Assembly: GCA_046758445.1 (NCBI GenBank)
Contig: JBHIAE010000002.1
Span: forward strand, 32,001 to 96,000
Reading direction: 5' to 3'
DNA length: 64,000 nt
Source of the DNA: Candidatus Thorarchaeota archaeon
GTDB lineage: Archaea > Asgardarchaeota > Thorarchaeia > Thorarchaeales > Thorarchaeaceae
Each line of letters begins with the position of its first letter. Position 1 is the stretch's first letter. This document shows, in pieces, positions 18,557 through 28,308 of the stretch. The position numbers and the translations under genes were made by a program. The notes under the pieces are model-generated. The model was given only the letters and a program-made list of their open reading frames with translations, was not told the origin of the DNA and searched no databases.

Positions 18557-19564
18557 ATGGCCCATAGAAAGAAGCATGCGCCAAGAAGAGGCAGTCTTGC
18601 CTACCTGCCACGGGGCAGGGCGTCGAAGTTTTTGCCCAGGATCAAGAATTGGCCTTCCTGGGAAGGTGAGGATGCAAGACTACTCGGATTTGTAGGGTAC
18701 AAGGCAGGCATGACCCATGCAGTGATGAGCATACAGAACCCAAACAGTCCGTTCAAAGGTCAGGAAACAGTCATCCCTGTCACAGTTATCGATACGCCGC
18801 CAATCAGACCCTTTGCCATCCGCGGCTACGCCAAAACACCCTACGGTTTCAAGCTTGTGTCTGAAGTATTGGCGGGCAACTTGTCAGACGACCTGCGAAG
18901 GGTGAAACCTCCGCCGAAGAAGTACAAGTACAAGGCCAAGATGAAGGAGTTTGAGTCAAAGCTTGACACATTCGCTGAGATTCGCATGCTGATTCACACC
19001 CAGCCGAGAACCGCAGGGGTGTCCAAGAAGAAGCCAGAGATCACTGAATACAAGGTCGGCGCTCGTAGCGTTCAGGAAGCATTTGAGTACGCCAAGAGTG
19101 TGCTCGGCACTGACGTGCGTGTAGCTGACATCCTTCGAGAGGGGACCCTAGTAGACTCCATAGCAGTGACAAAGGGACATGGATTCCAGGGTCCTGTACG
19201 CCGATGGGGAGTCAGAATACTCCAGCATAAGTCACGCAAGACGAAGCGAGGTGTCGGATGTATCGGTCCTTGGTCTCCGACAAACATTCGATACAGCGTT
19301 CCTCGACCTGGTCAGACGGGTTATCATACACGTACCAGTTTCAACAACGAAGTCCTGAAGATGGGTGAGAGAGGGGAAGAGATTACTCCGTCCGGTGGCT
19401 TCGTCAATTATGGGATGATACGAGGCGACTACGTTATGCTCTGGGGGTCAATTCCGGGTCCAGTCAAGAGACCTGTAAGACTCAGATTTGCGATTCGGCC
19501 CAAGAGATCTCATCTCGGACAGGTCACCCAGGTGAGCTACATCAGCACTACATCAAAACAGTAG
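18557..19564 (+). CDS. rpl3: 50S ribosomal protein L3
   Basis: PRRGSL, GYKAGMTH, TKGHGFQGPVRRWG. Confidence 0.98.
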   Translation: MAHRKKHAPRRGSLAYLPRGRASKFLPRIKNWPSWEGEDARLLGFVGYKAGMTHAVMSIQNPNSPFKGQETVIPVTVIDTPPIRPFAIRGYAKTPYGFKLVSEVLAGNLSDDLRRVKPPPKKYKYKAKMKEFESKLDTFAEIRMLIHTQPRTAGVSKKKPEITEYKVGARSVQEAFEYAKSVLGTDVRVADILREGTLVDSIAVTKGHGFQGPVRRWGVRILQHKSRKTKRGVGCIGPWSPTNIRYSVPRPGQTGYHTRTSFNNEVLKMGERGEEITPSGGFVNYGMIRGDYVMLWGSIPGPVKRPVRLRFAIRPKRSHLGQVTQVSYISTTSKQ

Positions 19565-19578
19565 TGGGAGGATGATTA

Positions 19579-20370
19579 GTGATGAAAAGCGTAAAGACGT
19601 ACTCCTTGAAAGGGAAAGCAGGTCCCAAGATAAAGCTCCCAAGACAGTTTGATGCCCCGTACCGTCCGGATGTAATCAAACGGGCTGTATTAGCGGTTCA
19701 GTCCAGAGGACGCCAACCACATGGTGTTGACGAGCTAGCCGGAAAGCGCACCACTGCTGAGAGCTGGCAGACAGGTCACGGGCGGTCGAGGATGCCTCGG
19801 GTCAAAGGTGCTGGCACCAGCGCGGCCAGTAAGGCAGCATTCGCTCCCGGAACCGTAGGTGGAAGGGTAGCACATCCCCCTGAGGCAAGGAAAGTCATAA
19901 TCGAACGAATCAACAAGAAGGAGAATCGATTAGCTATCCGTTCTGCCATCGCCGCATCTGCGAACAAGAAACTCGTGGGTGCCAGAGGACACAGGATCGA
20001 GTCAGTTCCAGAAGTGCCCTTGATTGTCAGCGAGAAGCTCGAGTCTTTGACAACGACAAAGGAGATGCGAGAGGTGGTCACTTCGCTTGGCCTTGAGGAC
20101 GACCTAGAGAGAGCCATCAGGGGCCGTGTAGTGAGAGCGGGCAAGGGCAAGATGCGTGGACGCAAGATGAAGACCCCAAAGTCCTTTCTGATCGTGGTGG
20201 GTAAGGACTTGGGAATAGGCATGGCGGCACGGAATCTGCCTGGTGTTGACGTTTCTGAAGTGCACGGTTTGAATGCTCACATGTTGGCACCCGGAACACA
20301 TCCGGGGCGACTTGTGCTGTGGACGACTTCTGCCATTGAGCGTCTTGAGAAAGAGGCCCTATTCATGTGA
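19579..20370 (+). CDS. rpl4: 50S ribosomal protein L4
   Basis: RPDVI.RAV, AESW.TG.G.SR.PR, LAPGTHPGRL. Confidence 0.98.
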   Translation: MMKSVKTYSLKGKAGPKIKLPRQFDAPYRPDVIKRAVLAVQSRGRQPHGVDELAGKRTTAESWQTGHGRSRMPRVKGAGTSAASKAAFAPGTVGGRVAHPPEARKVIIERINKKENRLAIRSAIAASANKKLVGARGHRIESVPEVPLIVSEKLESLTTTKEMREVVTSLGLEDDLERAIRGRVVRAGKGKMRGRKMKTPKSFLIVVGKDLGIGMAARNLPGVDVSEVHGLNAHMLAPGTHPGRLVLWTTSAIERLEKEALFM

Positions 20371-20375
20371 GGTGA

Positions 20376-20642
20376 GTGAGAATGGATCCAAATGAAGTAA
20401 TCATCCGTCCTGTGGTCACTGAAGCAAGCCTAGAGGCTGTTGACAGCCACAACAAACTCACCTTCTTCGTTGACCGAAGAGCCAACAAGAACACCATACG
20501 CTGGGCAGTAGAAAGCCTCTACGAAGTTGTCGTAGAGAAAGTCAACACGATGATAATGCCCGATGGGAAGAAGAAGGCATTCGTGCGTTTGGCACCGGAG
20601 TATAGTGCCGCGGAGGTTGCGACAAACCTCGGGATATTCTAA
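20376..20642 (+). CDS. rpl23: 50S ribosomal protein L23
   Basis: P.VTE, NKLTF.VD.RANK, GKKKAFVRL. Confidence 0.97.
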   Translation: MRMDPNEVIIRPVVTEASLEAVDSHNKLTFFVDRRANKNTIRWAVESLYEVVVEKVNTMIMPDGKKKAFVRLAPEYSAAEVATNLGIF

Positions 20643-20654
20643 GGAGGCTATTGA

Positions 20655-21374
20655 ATGGGTAAACGTGTTCTAGTACAACGCAAGGGCCGAGGCACAACTC
20701 AGTGGAGGAGTCCCAGTCATAGGAAGATCGCACGCGCCAGACATCCCAAGTGGGCTCCAGACAAGACCTATGTTGGCAGAGTGACCAATCTCTACCACGA
20801 GGCCGGAAGGGGAGCTCCCCTTGCTGAGCTGAGGTATGAGGGCGAGTCAAAGCTTCACTACATGATAGCATCCGAAGGTATCCAGGTTGGTCAGATTGTC
20901 GAATGCGGAGAGGATGCTGCACTGCAGAATGGCAACACCATGATGCTGCAACATATTCCTGAAGGCACACCAGTCTACAACATTGAGGGCAGTCCCGGAG
21001 ATGGTGGAAAGTATGTTCGATCATCTGGTCTGACAGCAACCATTGTTTCCATTGATTCGAGCAAGGCAATGGTGAGGTTGCCAAGCGGTCAGCAAAAGGC
21101 CTTCAGCCCGAGATGTAGGGCAACCATTGGCATTGTCGCTGGCGGTGGTAGGACTGAGAGGCCGTTCTTGAAGGCAGGCGCTGTCTGGCATCACACTCGT
21201 GTCAAGGCAAGAAAATGGCCTGTGACCCGCGGAGCTGCTATGAATGCTGCTAGCCATCCACACGGTGGAGGTTCCCATCAGTCACCAGGCAGACCTAGTA
21301 CAGTGAGCAGACATGCTCCCCCGGGTCGCAAGGTGGGCAACATCGCAGCTCGGAGAACTGGTCGCAAGAAGTAG
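20655..21374 (+). CDS. rpl2: 50S ribosomal protein L2
   Basis: MGKR...QRKGRG, AMNAASHPHGGG, PPGRKVG.IAARRTG. Confidence 0.98.
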   Translation: MGKRVLVQRKGRGTTQWRSPSHRKIARARHPKWAPDKTYVGRVTNLYHEAGRGAPLAELRYEGESKLHYMIASEGIQVGQIVECGEDAALQNGNTMMLQHIPEGTPVYNIEGSPGDGGKYVRSSGLTATIVSIDSSKAMVRLPSGQQKAFSPRCRATIGIVAGGGRTERPFLKAGAVWHHTRVKARKWPVTRGAAMNAASHPHGGGSHQSPGRPSTVSRHAPPGRKVGNIAARRTGRKK

Positions 21375-21504
21375 AGCTGAAGGAGCTTTTTGCTCCATAC
21401 TTTCCTCAACCTTTGCCTGTTGACCTTAGGAAATGCGTTTCTAGGACAGGGGTATTACACAAGTACATATCCCTCTGGTATGACCTCTGTCAAGAGGACT
21501 AGTA

Positions 21505-21690
21505 ATGCGTCTCATTGCTGTGCATCTTCCTGAGAGAATCATCGACGATATACAGCGCCTAGTGAATCGAGGCCTCTATCCAAACCGCTCAGAAGCAATC
21601 AGAATAGCGATTCGCGATCTATTGAAGCGCGAGCTTTGGGAGCGGACCCTTCAGGGTACTGCTACAGGTGGGGAGGTAGCAGAGCGTTGA
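21505..21690 (+). CDS. cdrS: ribbon-helix-helix regulator, CdrS-like
   Basis: MRLIAVHLP....GLYPNRSEAIRIAIRDLL; overlaps the ftsZ start (TTGA). Confidence 0.8.
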   Translation: MRLIAVHLPERIIDDIQRLVNRGLYPNRSEAIRIAIRDLLKRELWERTLQGTATGGEVAER

Positions 21691-22952
21691 GGTCTCTGAT
21701 CGACTCAGCAAGAGAGCACAGCCGCTCAGAGAGAAGTGGAATAGCTACACGAGATATGGGCCAGGCCAGAATTGTCGTTGTCGGTTGTGGTGGGGCCGGC
21801 AACAATACGGTCAAGCGATTGATGACAATTGGAATTCAGGGTGCCGAGTGCATCGCCGTGAACACAGACAGACAGCATCTCGCTGTTACTATAGCTCACA
21901 GGAAACTCCTCATTGGTGAGAGAATCACCAGGGGTCTAGGTGCAGGAGGATATCCCCACGTGGGCCAGGCGGCGGCTGAAGAGTCAGCACATCAGTTGAC
22001 AGAGCTCTTGCGAGATGCTGACTTGGTCTTCATCGCTGCCGGCATGGGTGGAGGCACAGGAACAGGTGCAGCACCAGTAATAGCCGAGATAGCAAAGAGG
22101 AATGATGCAATAGTAGTAGGCGTTGTCACTATGCCCTTCAGCCTTGAGAGGACGCGGGTCGACAAAGCAACTGCAGGGCTGGCACGACTTCAGGAGAATG
22201 TTGACACTGCGGTGGTGATTGACAACCAGAAGCTAATGGAGCTGGTGCCAGACCTACCGCTCGAAGAGGCGTTTGGAGTCGCCGACGAAGTTCTCGCCAA
22301 TATGGTGAAGGGAATCACTGAAACAATCACGATGCCCAGTCTGATAAATCTCGATTATGCAGATGTTCGAACCATCATATGCAATGGAGGTGTTGCTCTT
22401 GTGGGGCTGGGTGAGGCCACCGGTTCTGAGAGGGCAAACGAAGCGATTAGAAATGCTCTCAACAGCCCCCTTCTAGAAGTGGAATGGCGTGGGTCTACTG
22501 GAGCTCTGATACACATCACGGGAGGTCCTGATATGTCTCTTGCTGAGGCAAACAGGGTGGGTGAGATTGTGTCAGAGAAGATGAGTCCTGATGCGAACGT
22601 CATCTGGGGAGCTCGCGTAGATCCAAGACTGAGTGGAGTGCTTCGCGTCATGTTGATTCTCACTGGAGTAAAGAGCCCTCAGCTTCTCCCCCGGTCTAAG
22701 GAAGAGCCTACCATGAAATCCGTGAGGAGGGCCAGGTTGTCTGAACTCGGCATTCTAGCTGCTCACGTGAGCACATCCGCATCCAGTTCTGTTTCTCCAA
22801 AAGCTAAGAGGTTTGGTAAGTTCCACGCACCGTCCAATGAGGGAACTTGGGAAGACCGGCTGAAACCGTTGGAGAGAAAGCTACTGGAACGCAAACCTCC
22901 TGAGACGAGGCAAAAGAACCTAGACGAGCTAGGTCTGAAAAGGATTCTCTGA
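21687..22952 (+). CDS. ftsZ: cell division GTPase FtsZ (FtsZ2-like) with long C-terminal tail
   Basis: GCGGAGNN, GMGGGTGTG, NLDYAD T7 loop; likely TTG start at 21687. Confidence 0.95.
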   Translation: MRSLIDSAREHSRSERSGIATRDMGQARIVVVGCGGAGNNTVKRLMTIGIQGAECIAVNTDRQHLAVTIAHRKLLIGERITRGLGAGGYPHVGQAAAEESAHQLTELLRDADLVFIAAGMGGGTGTGAAPVIAEIAKRNDAIVVGVVTMPFSLERTRVDKATAGLARLQENVDTAVVIDNQKLMELVPDLPLEEAFGVADEVLANMVKGITETITMPSLINLDYADVRTIICNGGVALVGLGEATGSERANEAIRNALNSPLLEVEWRGSTGALIHITGGPDMSLAEANRVGEIVSEKMSPDANVIWGARVDPRLSGVLRVMLILTGVKSPQLLPRSKEEPTMKSVRRARLSELGILAAHVSTSASSSVSPKAKRFGKFHAPSNEGTWEDRLKPLERKLLERKPPETRQKNLDELGLKRIL

Positions 22953-23053
22953 ATCAGTCCATCAGATTTTAGAGTCGCAGCGTGAACCTAATCTGACCTA
23001 TTCTGGACTGCTCGAGTTTCCAGCCTGTATTGCACCCATCTCATTACTTGGCA

Positions 23054-23482
23054 CTAGTCTAGTCCATGATCTTCGAACCATTTGTCTGCTATGATTTTGA
23101 CTCTCTCGTAGAGTGGTCCAGTTCCTTCAACGCCTTCAGGCGAGATGCGTATCTTGTTGAGAACGAGGACCATTCCCGTTTCAGGGAAGTATTGTACACC
23201 CCCTGGCGGGAACGCCTTCTCAAGCTCTTTGACCAAGCCTTCAAGGCTAATCTCTCTCTCAGCAACAGAGAAGGACACAATTGAGCTTCCGTAGATGAAC
23301 ATCCGTGGAATTGGCCCCTTTTTGGTCTCCACATCTGAGAGTACAATGCTGAGGCTGTTCTGATCGATTCCCTTCAAGGTGCCGACGTATGTTTCGCCTG
23401 CGCTAGTCTTCACTTCGACAGTTGCCCCCACAACTGAGGCAAGCTCGCGATTGAAGGCACGCATTGCTGCGACTTCTGACAT
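23054..23482 (-). CDS. Sm-like protein with C-terminal domain (SmAP3 type)
   Basis: N-terminal Sm1/Sm2 (Y.GTL.GID...LSIVLSD; MFIYGSSI) plus ~70-aa C-domain. Confidence 0.8.
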   Translation of the reverse strand: MSEVAAMRAFNRELASVVGATVEVKTSAGETYVGTLKGIDQNSLSIVLSDVETKKGPIPRMFIYGSSIVSFSVAEREISLEGLVKELEKAFPPGGVQYFPETGMVLVLNKIRISPEGVEGTGPLYERVKIIADKWFEDHGLD

Positions 23483-23628
23483 TCTAATATCACCTTACAG
23501 TGTAATCTATGCAAATGACGCGTATTTTCGTGTCGTTTTAAAACTGGTGCTCCAACAAAAGGCTCGGGGCTTGCCGCCTGAGAATCACATATTAGCCGTG
23601 AGAGGGCGGTGTCCGTATCAACAATGAG

Positions 23629-24468
23629 GTGTCTGAATTGGCAACGTCCAAAGTCCATTTCTCTCGCAAATTCCTTCGAGAGGAGGCCCTGCCTAGCCCG
23701 TTCTGTCCAGGCTGCGGCAGTGGTATAATCGCGAACTCATTTCTCAAGGCGGTCAGTGATCTAGGTCATGAGGACCTCAACGGTTTCGCATTCGTTTCTG
23801 GGATTGGGTGTGGAGCATGGATTGTTTCGCCCCATTTTCGTGCGGACACGCTGCATACCGCGCATGGGCGTGCGATTGCGGCGGCCACAGGGCTGAAGAT
23901 TGCTCAACCCGAGCTAGAGGTCGTGGTAATCAGTGGTGATGGAGACCTAGCCGCGATTGGGGGAAACCACCTAATTCACGCGGCCCGGCGAAACATGGAC
24001 TTGACTGTGATTTGCTCTAACAATTGGATCTATGGCATGACAGGAGGCCAGGCCGGACCTACCACGTTCGTCGGAGACCGTACATCTACTACTCCATATG
24101 GTAACCCTGAACGTCCCTTCGACCTTGCGCGCTTGGTAGCTGTTGCTGGAGCAAACTACGTGGCCAGATGGTCAACTGCTCACCCTGTTCAGGCCGCGCG
24201 AGCGATTAAGACTGCACTGAAACGCAAAGGATTCTCCTTCATAGAGATGCTGTCTCAATGCCCGGTGGCATATGGTCGGAGGACAGAAGCCGGAACTGCT
24301 GTGAACATGCTTGCATGGTTCAAGAAGCTCCCAATTCGCAAGAAGGACGACCCCTTGGACTGCAAGACTCCCACGCACGAAGAGATGGACCTGGGCGTCT
24401 TTGCTGACAGAAAAGAACGGACGTTCTTGGAATCGTTGAAAGAGGTGTTCAGCAATCTCGAGGACTGA
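23629..24468 (+). CDS. 2-oxoacid:ferredoxin oxidoreductase beta subunit
   Basis: FCPGCG, SGIGC, HGRA, GDGD..IGGNH, YGMTGGQ. Confidence 0.93.
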   Translation: MSELATSKVHFSRKFLREEALPSPFCPGCGSGIIANSFLKAVSDLGHEDLNGFAFVSGIGCGAWIVSPHFRADTLHTAHGRAIAAATGLKIAQPELEVVVISGDGDLAAIGGNHLIHAARRNMDLTVICSNNWIYGMTGGQAGPTTFVGDRTSTTPYGNPERPFDLARLVAVAGANYVARWSTAHPVQAARAIKTALKRKGFSFIEMLSQCPVAYGRRTEAGTAVNMLAWFKKLPIRKKDDPLDCKTPTHEEMDLGVFADRKERTFLESLKEVFSNLED

Positions 24469-24474
24469 ACAGCC

Positions 24475-25002
24475 ATGAGGAAAGAGATTCGAATAGCAGG
24501 CACAGGCGGAATGGGCGTCGTCCTTGCAGGAGTCATACTAGGGCATGCGGCCGTAGTACATGCAGGACTCGAGGCAGTTCAGACGCAGAGCTACGGTGCG
24601 GAGGCAAGAGGTACAGCAGCTAAGAGTGAGATCATAATCAGTGATGAACCCATTCGATATCCCAAAGTTCGGGAAGCTGACTATAGCGTCTTTATGTCTC
24701 AGAAGGCCTTTGACATGTATCTCAAAGAGGCCAAGAAGGGCAGTGTGGTGTTAGTTGACAAGGACCTTTGTGATTATGGGGATTCAGAAGACGAATACGA
24801 AGTTGTCTGTGTACCGGCCATGAAGACAGCCGATTCTATGGGAATGCGGCTTGCGTCGAATATGGTCATGCTTGGCGTCTTGGTGAAGAAGTCCGGGTTA
24901 TTCCCCGTTGAGAACCTAGAGCTTGCCTTGAAGGACTTGATACGGTCCAAGGCTCTCAAGACCGACCTTGATGCCATAAGAGCCGGAGCAGCCCTCGTCT
25001 AG
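24475..25002 (+). CDS. 2-oxoacid:ferredoxin oxidoreductase gamma subunit
   Basis: AGTGGMGV, QSYGAEARG, NMVMLG. Confidence 0.92.
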   Translation: MRKEIRIAGTGGMGVVLAGVILGHAAVVHAGLEAVQTQSYGAEARGTAAKSEIIISDEPIRYPKVREADYSVFMSQKAFDMYLKEAKKGSVVLVDKDLCDYGDSEDEYEVVCVPAMKTADSMGMRLASNMVMLGVLVKKSGLFPVENLELALKDLIRSKALKTDLDAIRAGAALV

Positions 25003-25277
25003 CCGCCATGTACGAGTGGAAGAATGACCACTTCATCTCCTTCCTTCAACTTGGTTTCGAGCCCACCCGTAAGACCAATATCAATCTCATTGCAGAGTAT
25101 AAGCGCTTCCCGGTCCATTGTTTCGGGGTCTGTCCAAACACTCCTGATGCCCTTCTCCTTGTCGATGAGTGTTTGGAGGAAACTTTGGAGATCCGTTCCT
25201 TCATCGACATCTACATGGTATTGCTGACTCCCCATCTGATGTGAAACTGGGCCACGAAACCTGACTTTGACTCTCAT
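24999..25277 (-). CDS. Urm1/SAMP/MoaD-type ubiquitin-like sulfur carrier
   Basis: Beta-grasp pattern, LI..N..DI...GLET.L..GD.V.ILP.VHGG C-terminus. Confidence 0.9.
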   Translation of the reverse strand: MRVKVRFRGPVSHQMGSQQYHVDVDEGTDLQSFLQTLIDKEKGIRSVWTDPETMDREALILCNEIDIGLTGGLETKLKEGDEVVILPLVHGG

Positions 25278-25387
25278 GACGAACGGAGCTGTACCGATTC
25301 AGTTCTCAGATAAAGGAACCGGACCGCATGAATACCTTAGCTTCCCGAAGAGCAGTGGAACTCTCAGTCCATGCTAGTGTTTTGAGA

Positions 25388-26356
25388 TCACAATCCAAAT
25401 GATTGCTTCAACACTTCAGGATTGAGCCCACCGGCCTTGTACGTCTTTCCGTTGACTATATCGTTGATGGTTATCTCAGCCGGGCTGAACAGATGAGGAT
25501 CGACCTTGTAGAAGTCGAACTCGACGCTCTTGAACAGTTTGTAGAACGGTTTTCCGTAGTGGCTGGAAGCAGAAGATGGTGCCTTTTCAGTCAGTGCGAC
25601 GAGGTCATCGTTCTCATCCGGTCTGATGAAATAGAAAGTCCTTCCACCGTATAGAATACAGTCATTAGCCACACCCATGGCTCTAAGGTCATTCTTGGCG
25701 ACAGGACCGATCGGTGCCACACCGTGTCCTGTCCTTATCTTGTCTAAGTCGAGTCCAAGCTCATGTAGCTTGTGCACACCAGTTTCCACAATTCGGGCTG
25801 AGATTTGCACAGAACCTGCGATGCAGGCCGTAGGCGTCAACACACAGTACAAGTCCGAAGTCGAAACACCACACTTCTCTGCAATGAACTCGGTGGCGAA
25901 CTCGGGAGGCGGTGTTCTGGTTTCAAGGACTATTACACCTACCTTTGCCTTGTCCTTGTAGTCAATCTCTTCATACAATTCCGTTTCAACCGCAGCAAGA
26001 GCCCTAGCTGGTCCAGAACCCATTGCTTCATATTTCTCATCGTCTGTCTTGGCCTTAACAGACCATCCGGCGTACTGGGATCCCATGGCCGCAATCTTTG
26101 GATGGTCAGTGCTGACGACCACAGCTGGCAAAGTCATGTCGCCAATGTGCATGTGCGTGACTCTGACCGCACCCAGCCCGCCTAGACATATCTCTCCGAC
26201 GAGTTTCCCAGCCTCGATTCCTCCTGGGGCTTCAATACCCGTATCAATGAGGGTTGCTCCGTTGCTTTGTTCTGTAACAGCACAGCCAAGCTCGTCTTTC
26301 TTGTTCAGCATCTCGTCAACAATCTCAAATGCTTTCTCGTTTACACTTGGATTCAT
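25388..26356 (-). CDS. mch: methenyl-H4MPT cyclohydrolase
   Basis: SVN, SQYAGW, MGSGPARAL, GSVQISARIVETG.HK, DFYKVDP.LFSPA. Confidence 0.96.
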   Translation of the reverse strand: MNPSVNEKAFEIVDEMLNKKDELGCAVTEQSNGATLIDTGIEAPGGIEAGKLVGEICLGGLGAVRVTHMHIGDMTLPAVVVSTDHPKIAAMGSQYAGWSVKAKTDDEKYEAMGSGPARALAAVETELYEEIDYKDKAKVGVIVLETRTPPPEFATEFIAEKCGVSTSDLYCVLTPTACIAGSVQISARIVETGVHKLHELGLDLDKIRTGHGVAPIGPVAKNDLRAMGVANDCILYGGRTFYFIRPDENDDLVALTEKAPSSASSHYGKPFYKLFKSVEFDFYKVDPHLFSPAEITINDIVNGKTYKAGGLNPEVLKQSFGL

Positions 26357-26368
26357 TATCTCGTTTCC

Positions 26369-27220
26369 TCAAAGCAAATGTTCGTTCTCAGATCCTCGAA
26401 GATAGATCTCCACCTTAGGGTCGCCTTCTGCAAAATCACCCATGAACTTGACCCACTTCTCATTCCTTCCTATGCCGGCTAGGAAATCAGGCCTCCGAGT
26501 CTGCAGATATCTCAGGTAGTAGCCAGTGAACTCCCTCTCGGACTTTCCACTAAACTTGTAGGTGGGGAGTAGTGAGTCCATCTTTCCTAGGCAGAGTATC
26601 ATTCCTTTTGTCGCCTCGACTCCTACACGCTCTGCCATGTCGCCCACTACAATGATCGTGCCCCCCTTCATTCTGACAGCTGCCAGTCTATCCACATTGC
26701 CTCTCACAGCAATGAAGCCCTTCCGCATGTGTGACCCCATCTCTCGTCCCACGTTGCTCGCCACATAGACCCTGCCCCCCTTCATCCCATCGGTGCTTCC
26801 GCGGTAGCCTGCACAGAGGTAATCCGCGGCATCACCTTCAATCTGAATGTTACCTCCCTCAATCTCAGCGGCAGCCCATGGCCCAACGGAGCCCTTAACA
26901 TGTATCCTTCCAGCAACCATCTCGGCTCCAAGATACATGCCTACATCACCCTCAACAGTGATTCTCCCACCATTCATGCCTTTGCCGATCATCTTCACTT
27001 TCTTTAGATTCCCGCTCACTGTGATCTCAGTTTCATCGGCAGAACTGCCAGCCTCTCCAGAAATATCGAAGAAGGTCTTCAACTCAAGAGTCTGGTTTCC
27101 TTGTAGAATTGGCAGTCTTCCAATCTCAGCGGCGCTCTTTCCAGCAAAGTGTGACGGAGTTATCGTGTCCGCCTCTAACGGAATGTCTGGCTCGTGGGTC
27201 AGCTTCAGATACACGGTCAT
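26369..27220 (-). CDS. fwdC: formylmethanofuran dehydrogenase subunit C
   Basis: P.EAD.ITP, GXGXG beta-helix repeats (M.GG.I.V.G), YRG...GMKGG, LLPTY. Confidence 0.92.
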   Translation of the reverse strand: MTVYLKLTHEPDIPLEADTITPSHFAGKSAAEIGRLPILQGNQTLELKTFFDISGEAGSSADETEITVSGNLKKVKMIGKGMNGGRITVEGDVGMYLGAEMVAGRIHVKGSVGPWAAAEIEGGNIQIEGDAADYLCAGYRGSTDGMKGGRVYVASNVGREMGSHMRKGFIAVRGNVDRLAAVRMKGGTIIVVGDMAERVGVEATKGMILCLGKMDSLLPTYKFSGKSEREFTGYYLRYLQTRRPDFLAGIGRNEKWVKFMGDFAEGDPKVEIYLRGSENEHLL

Positions 27221-27376
27221 AGGTCAGACCTTCCCAGTGTCGCTTTTTGAAAACTTTCCACCTGATAAAAGCTCTGCACAGGTCATGTGGTTTGGCCTTA
27301 CAGCTGGTAGTAACAAAGAAATAGCACAGTGCCGCAGCAATCAGCACGACTCTCAGCCGCTATTGTGGTGCGCAAG

Positions 27377-28273
27377 ATGGAGATTAACGGTGTACCTATT
27401 GAGGACACGTTCGCAGAAGCATTCGGAATGCACATGAACAGGACCATCATCACTGCCTATGATCAGGAGTGGGCCTACACTACTGCTCTTGAAGCCACAG
27501 GGTTTGGCACTTCAGTGATCATGGCACCTGCAGAGGCCGGAATAGAGTATCTCTTAGGACCAGACGAAACCCCTGACGGCCGTCCTGGGGTGAGAGTCAT
27601 ATTCGCAGTGGGTTCGAAGAAGAAACTCGAGCCTCAGCTTCTAGCCCGACTTGGCCAGTGTGTACTAACCAGTCCGACGGCTTCAGCCTTTGATGACACC
27701 CCTAATCCAAAGGAGCGCTACGTCATCGGAAAGAAGATCTCACTCTTTGGTGATGGATACCAAGTTAAGAAGGGGCCGATTGACGGGAGAGTCCTATGGT
27801 TCATACCTAGGATGAGTGGGACCTGTGTCATGCAAGACATGTTTGGCCGTGTGAAGGGTGTGGCGGGCGGAAACATCATTTATTGCTGCGAAGACATTGA
27901 GAGTGGAATGAATAGCGGAAAGGCGGCAGTAAAGGCGATAGAGAAGGTAGAAGGCGCATACACTCCATTCCCTGGAGGCCTTGTAGGATCCGGGTCCAAA
28001 CCCTCTTCGCGATACAAGGTACTCTTTGCCTCCACTAACGAGAAGTTCTGTCCTACCCTACGTGCCTTGGTTCCGGGCACGGAGGTTCCCAAGGGCAGCG
28101 AGTTTGTCCAGGAGATAGTCATCAACGGTCTGACAGAAAGGGCTGTCGCCAACGCTATGAAGGTCGCAATCGAAGAGGTCTGCAAACATCCTGGAATTAC
28201 GAAGATGACCGCAGGGAACTACGGTGGCAAACTTGGACAATATCAGATTCGATTGCACAATCTGTTCAAATAG
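27377..28273 (+). CDS. ftr: formylmethanofuran--H4MPT formyltransferase
   Basis: INGVPIEDTFAEAF, TPDGRPG, GQCVLT.PT, TAGNYGGKLG. Confidence 0.96.
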   Translation: MEINGVPIEDTFAEAFGMHMNRTIITAYDQEWAYTTALEATGFGTSVIMAPAEAGIEYLLGPDETPDGRPGVRVIFAVGSKKKLEPQLLARLGQCVLTSPTASAFDDTPNPKERYVIGKKISLFGDGYQVKKGPIDGRVLWFIPRMSGTCVMQDMFGRVKGVAGGNIIYCCEDIESGMNSGKAAVKAIEKVEGAYTPFPGGLVGSGSKPSSRYKVLFASTNEKFCPTLRALVPGTEVPKGSEFVQEIVINGLTERAVANAMKVAIEEVCKHPGITKMTAGNYGGKLGQYQIRLHNLFK

Positions 28274-28308
28274 ATGACACGCAGGCCACCGCCGGCACTC
28301 CAATTACA

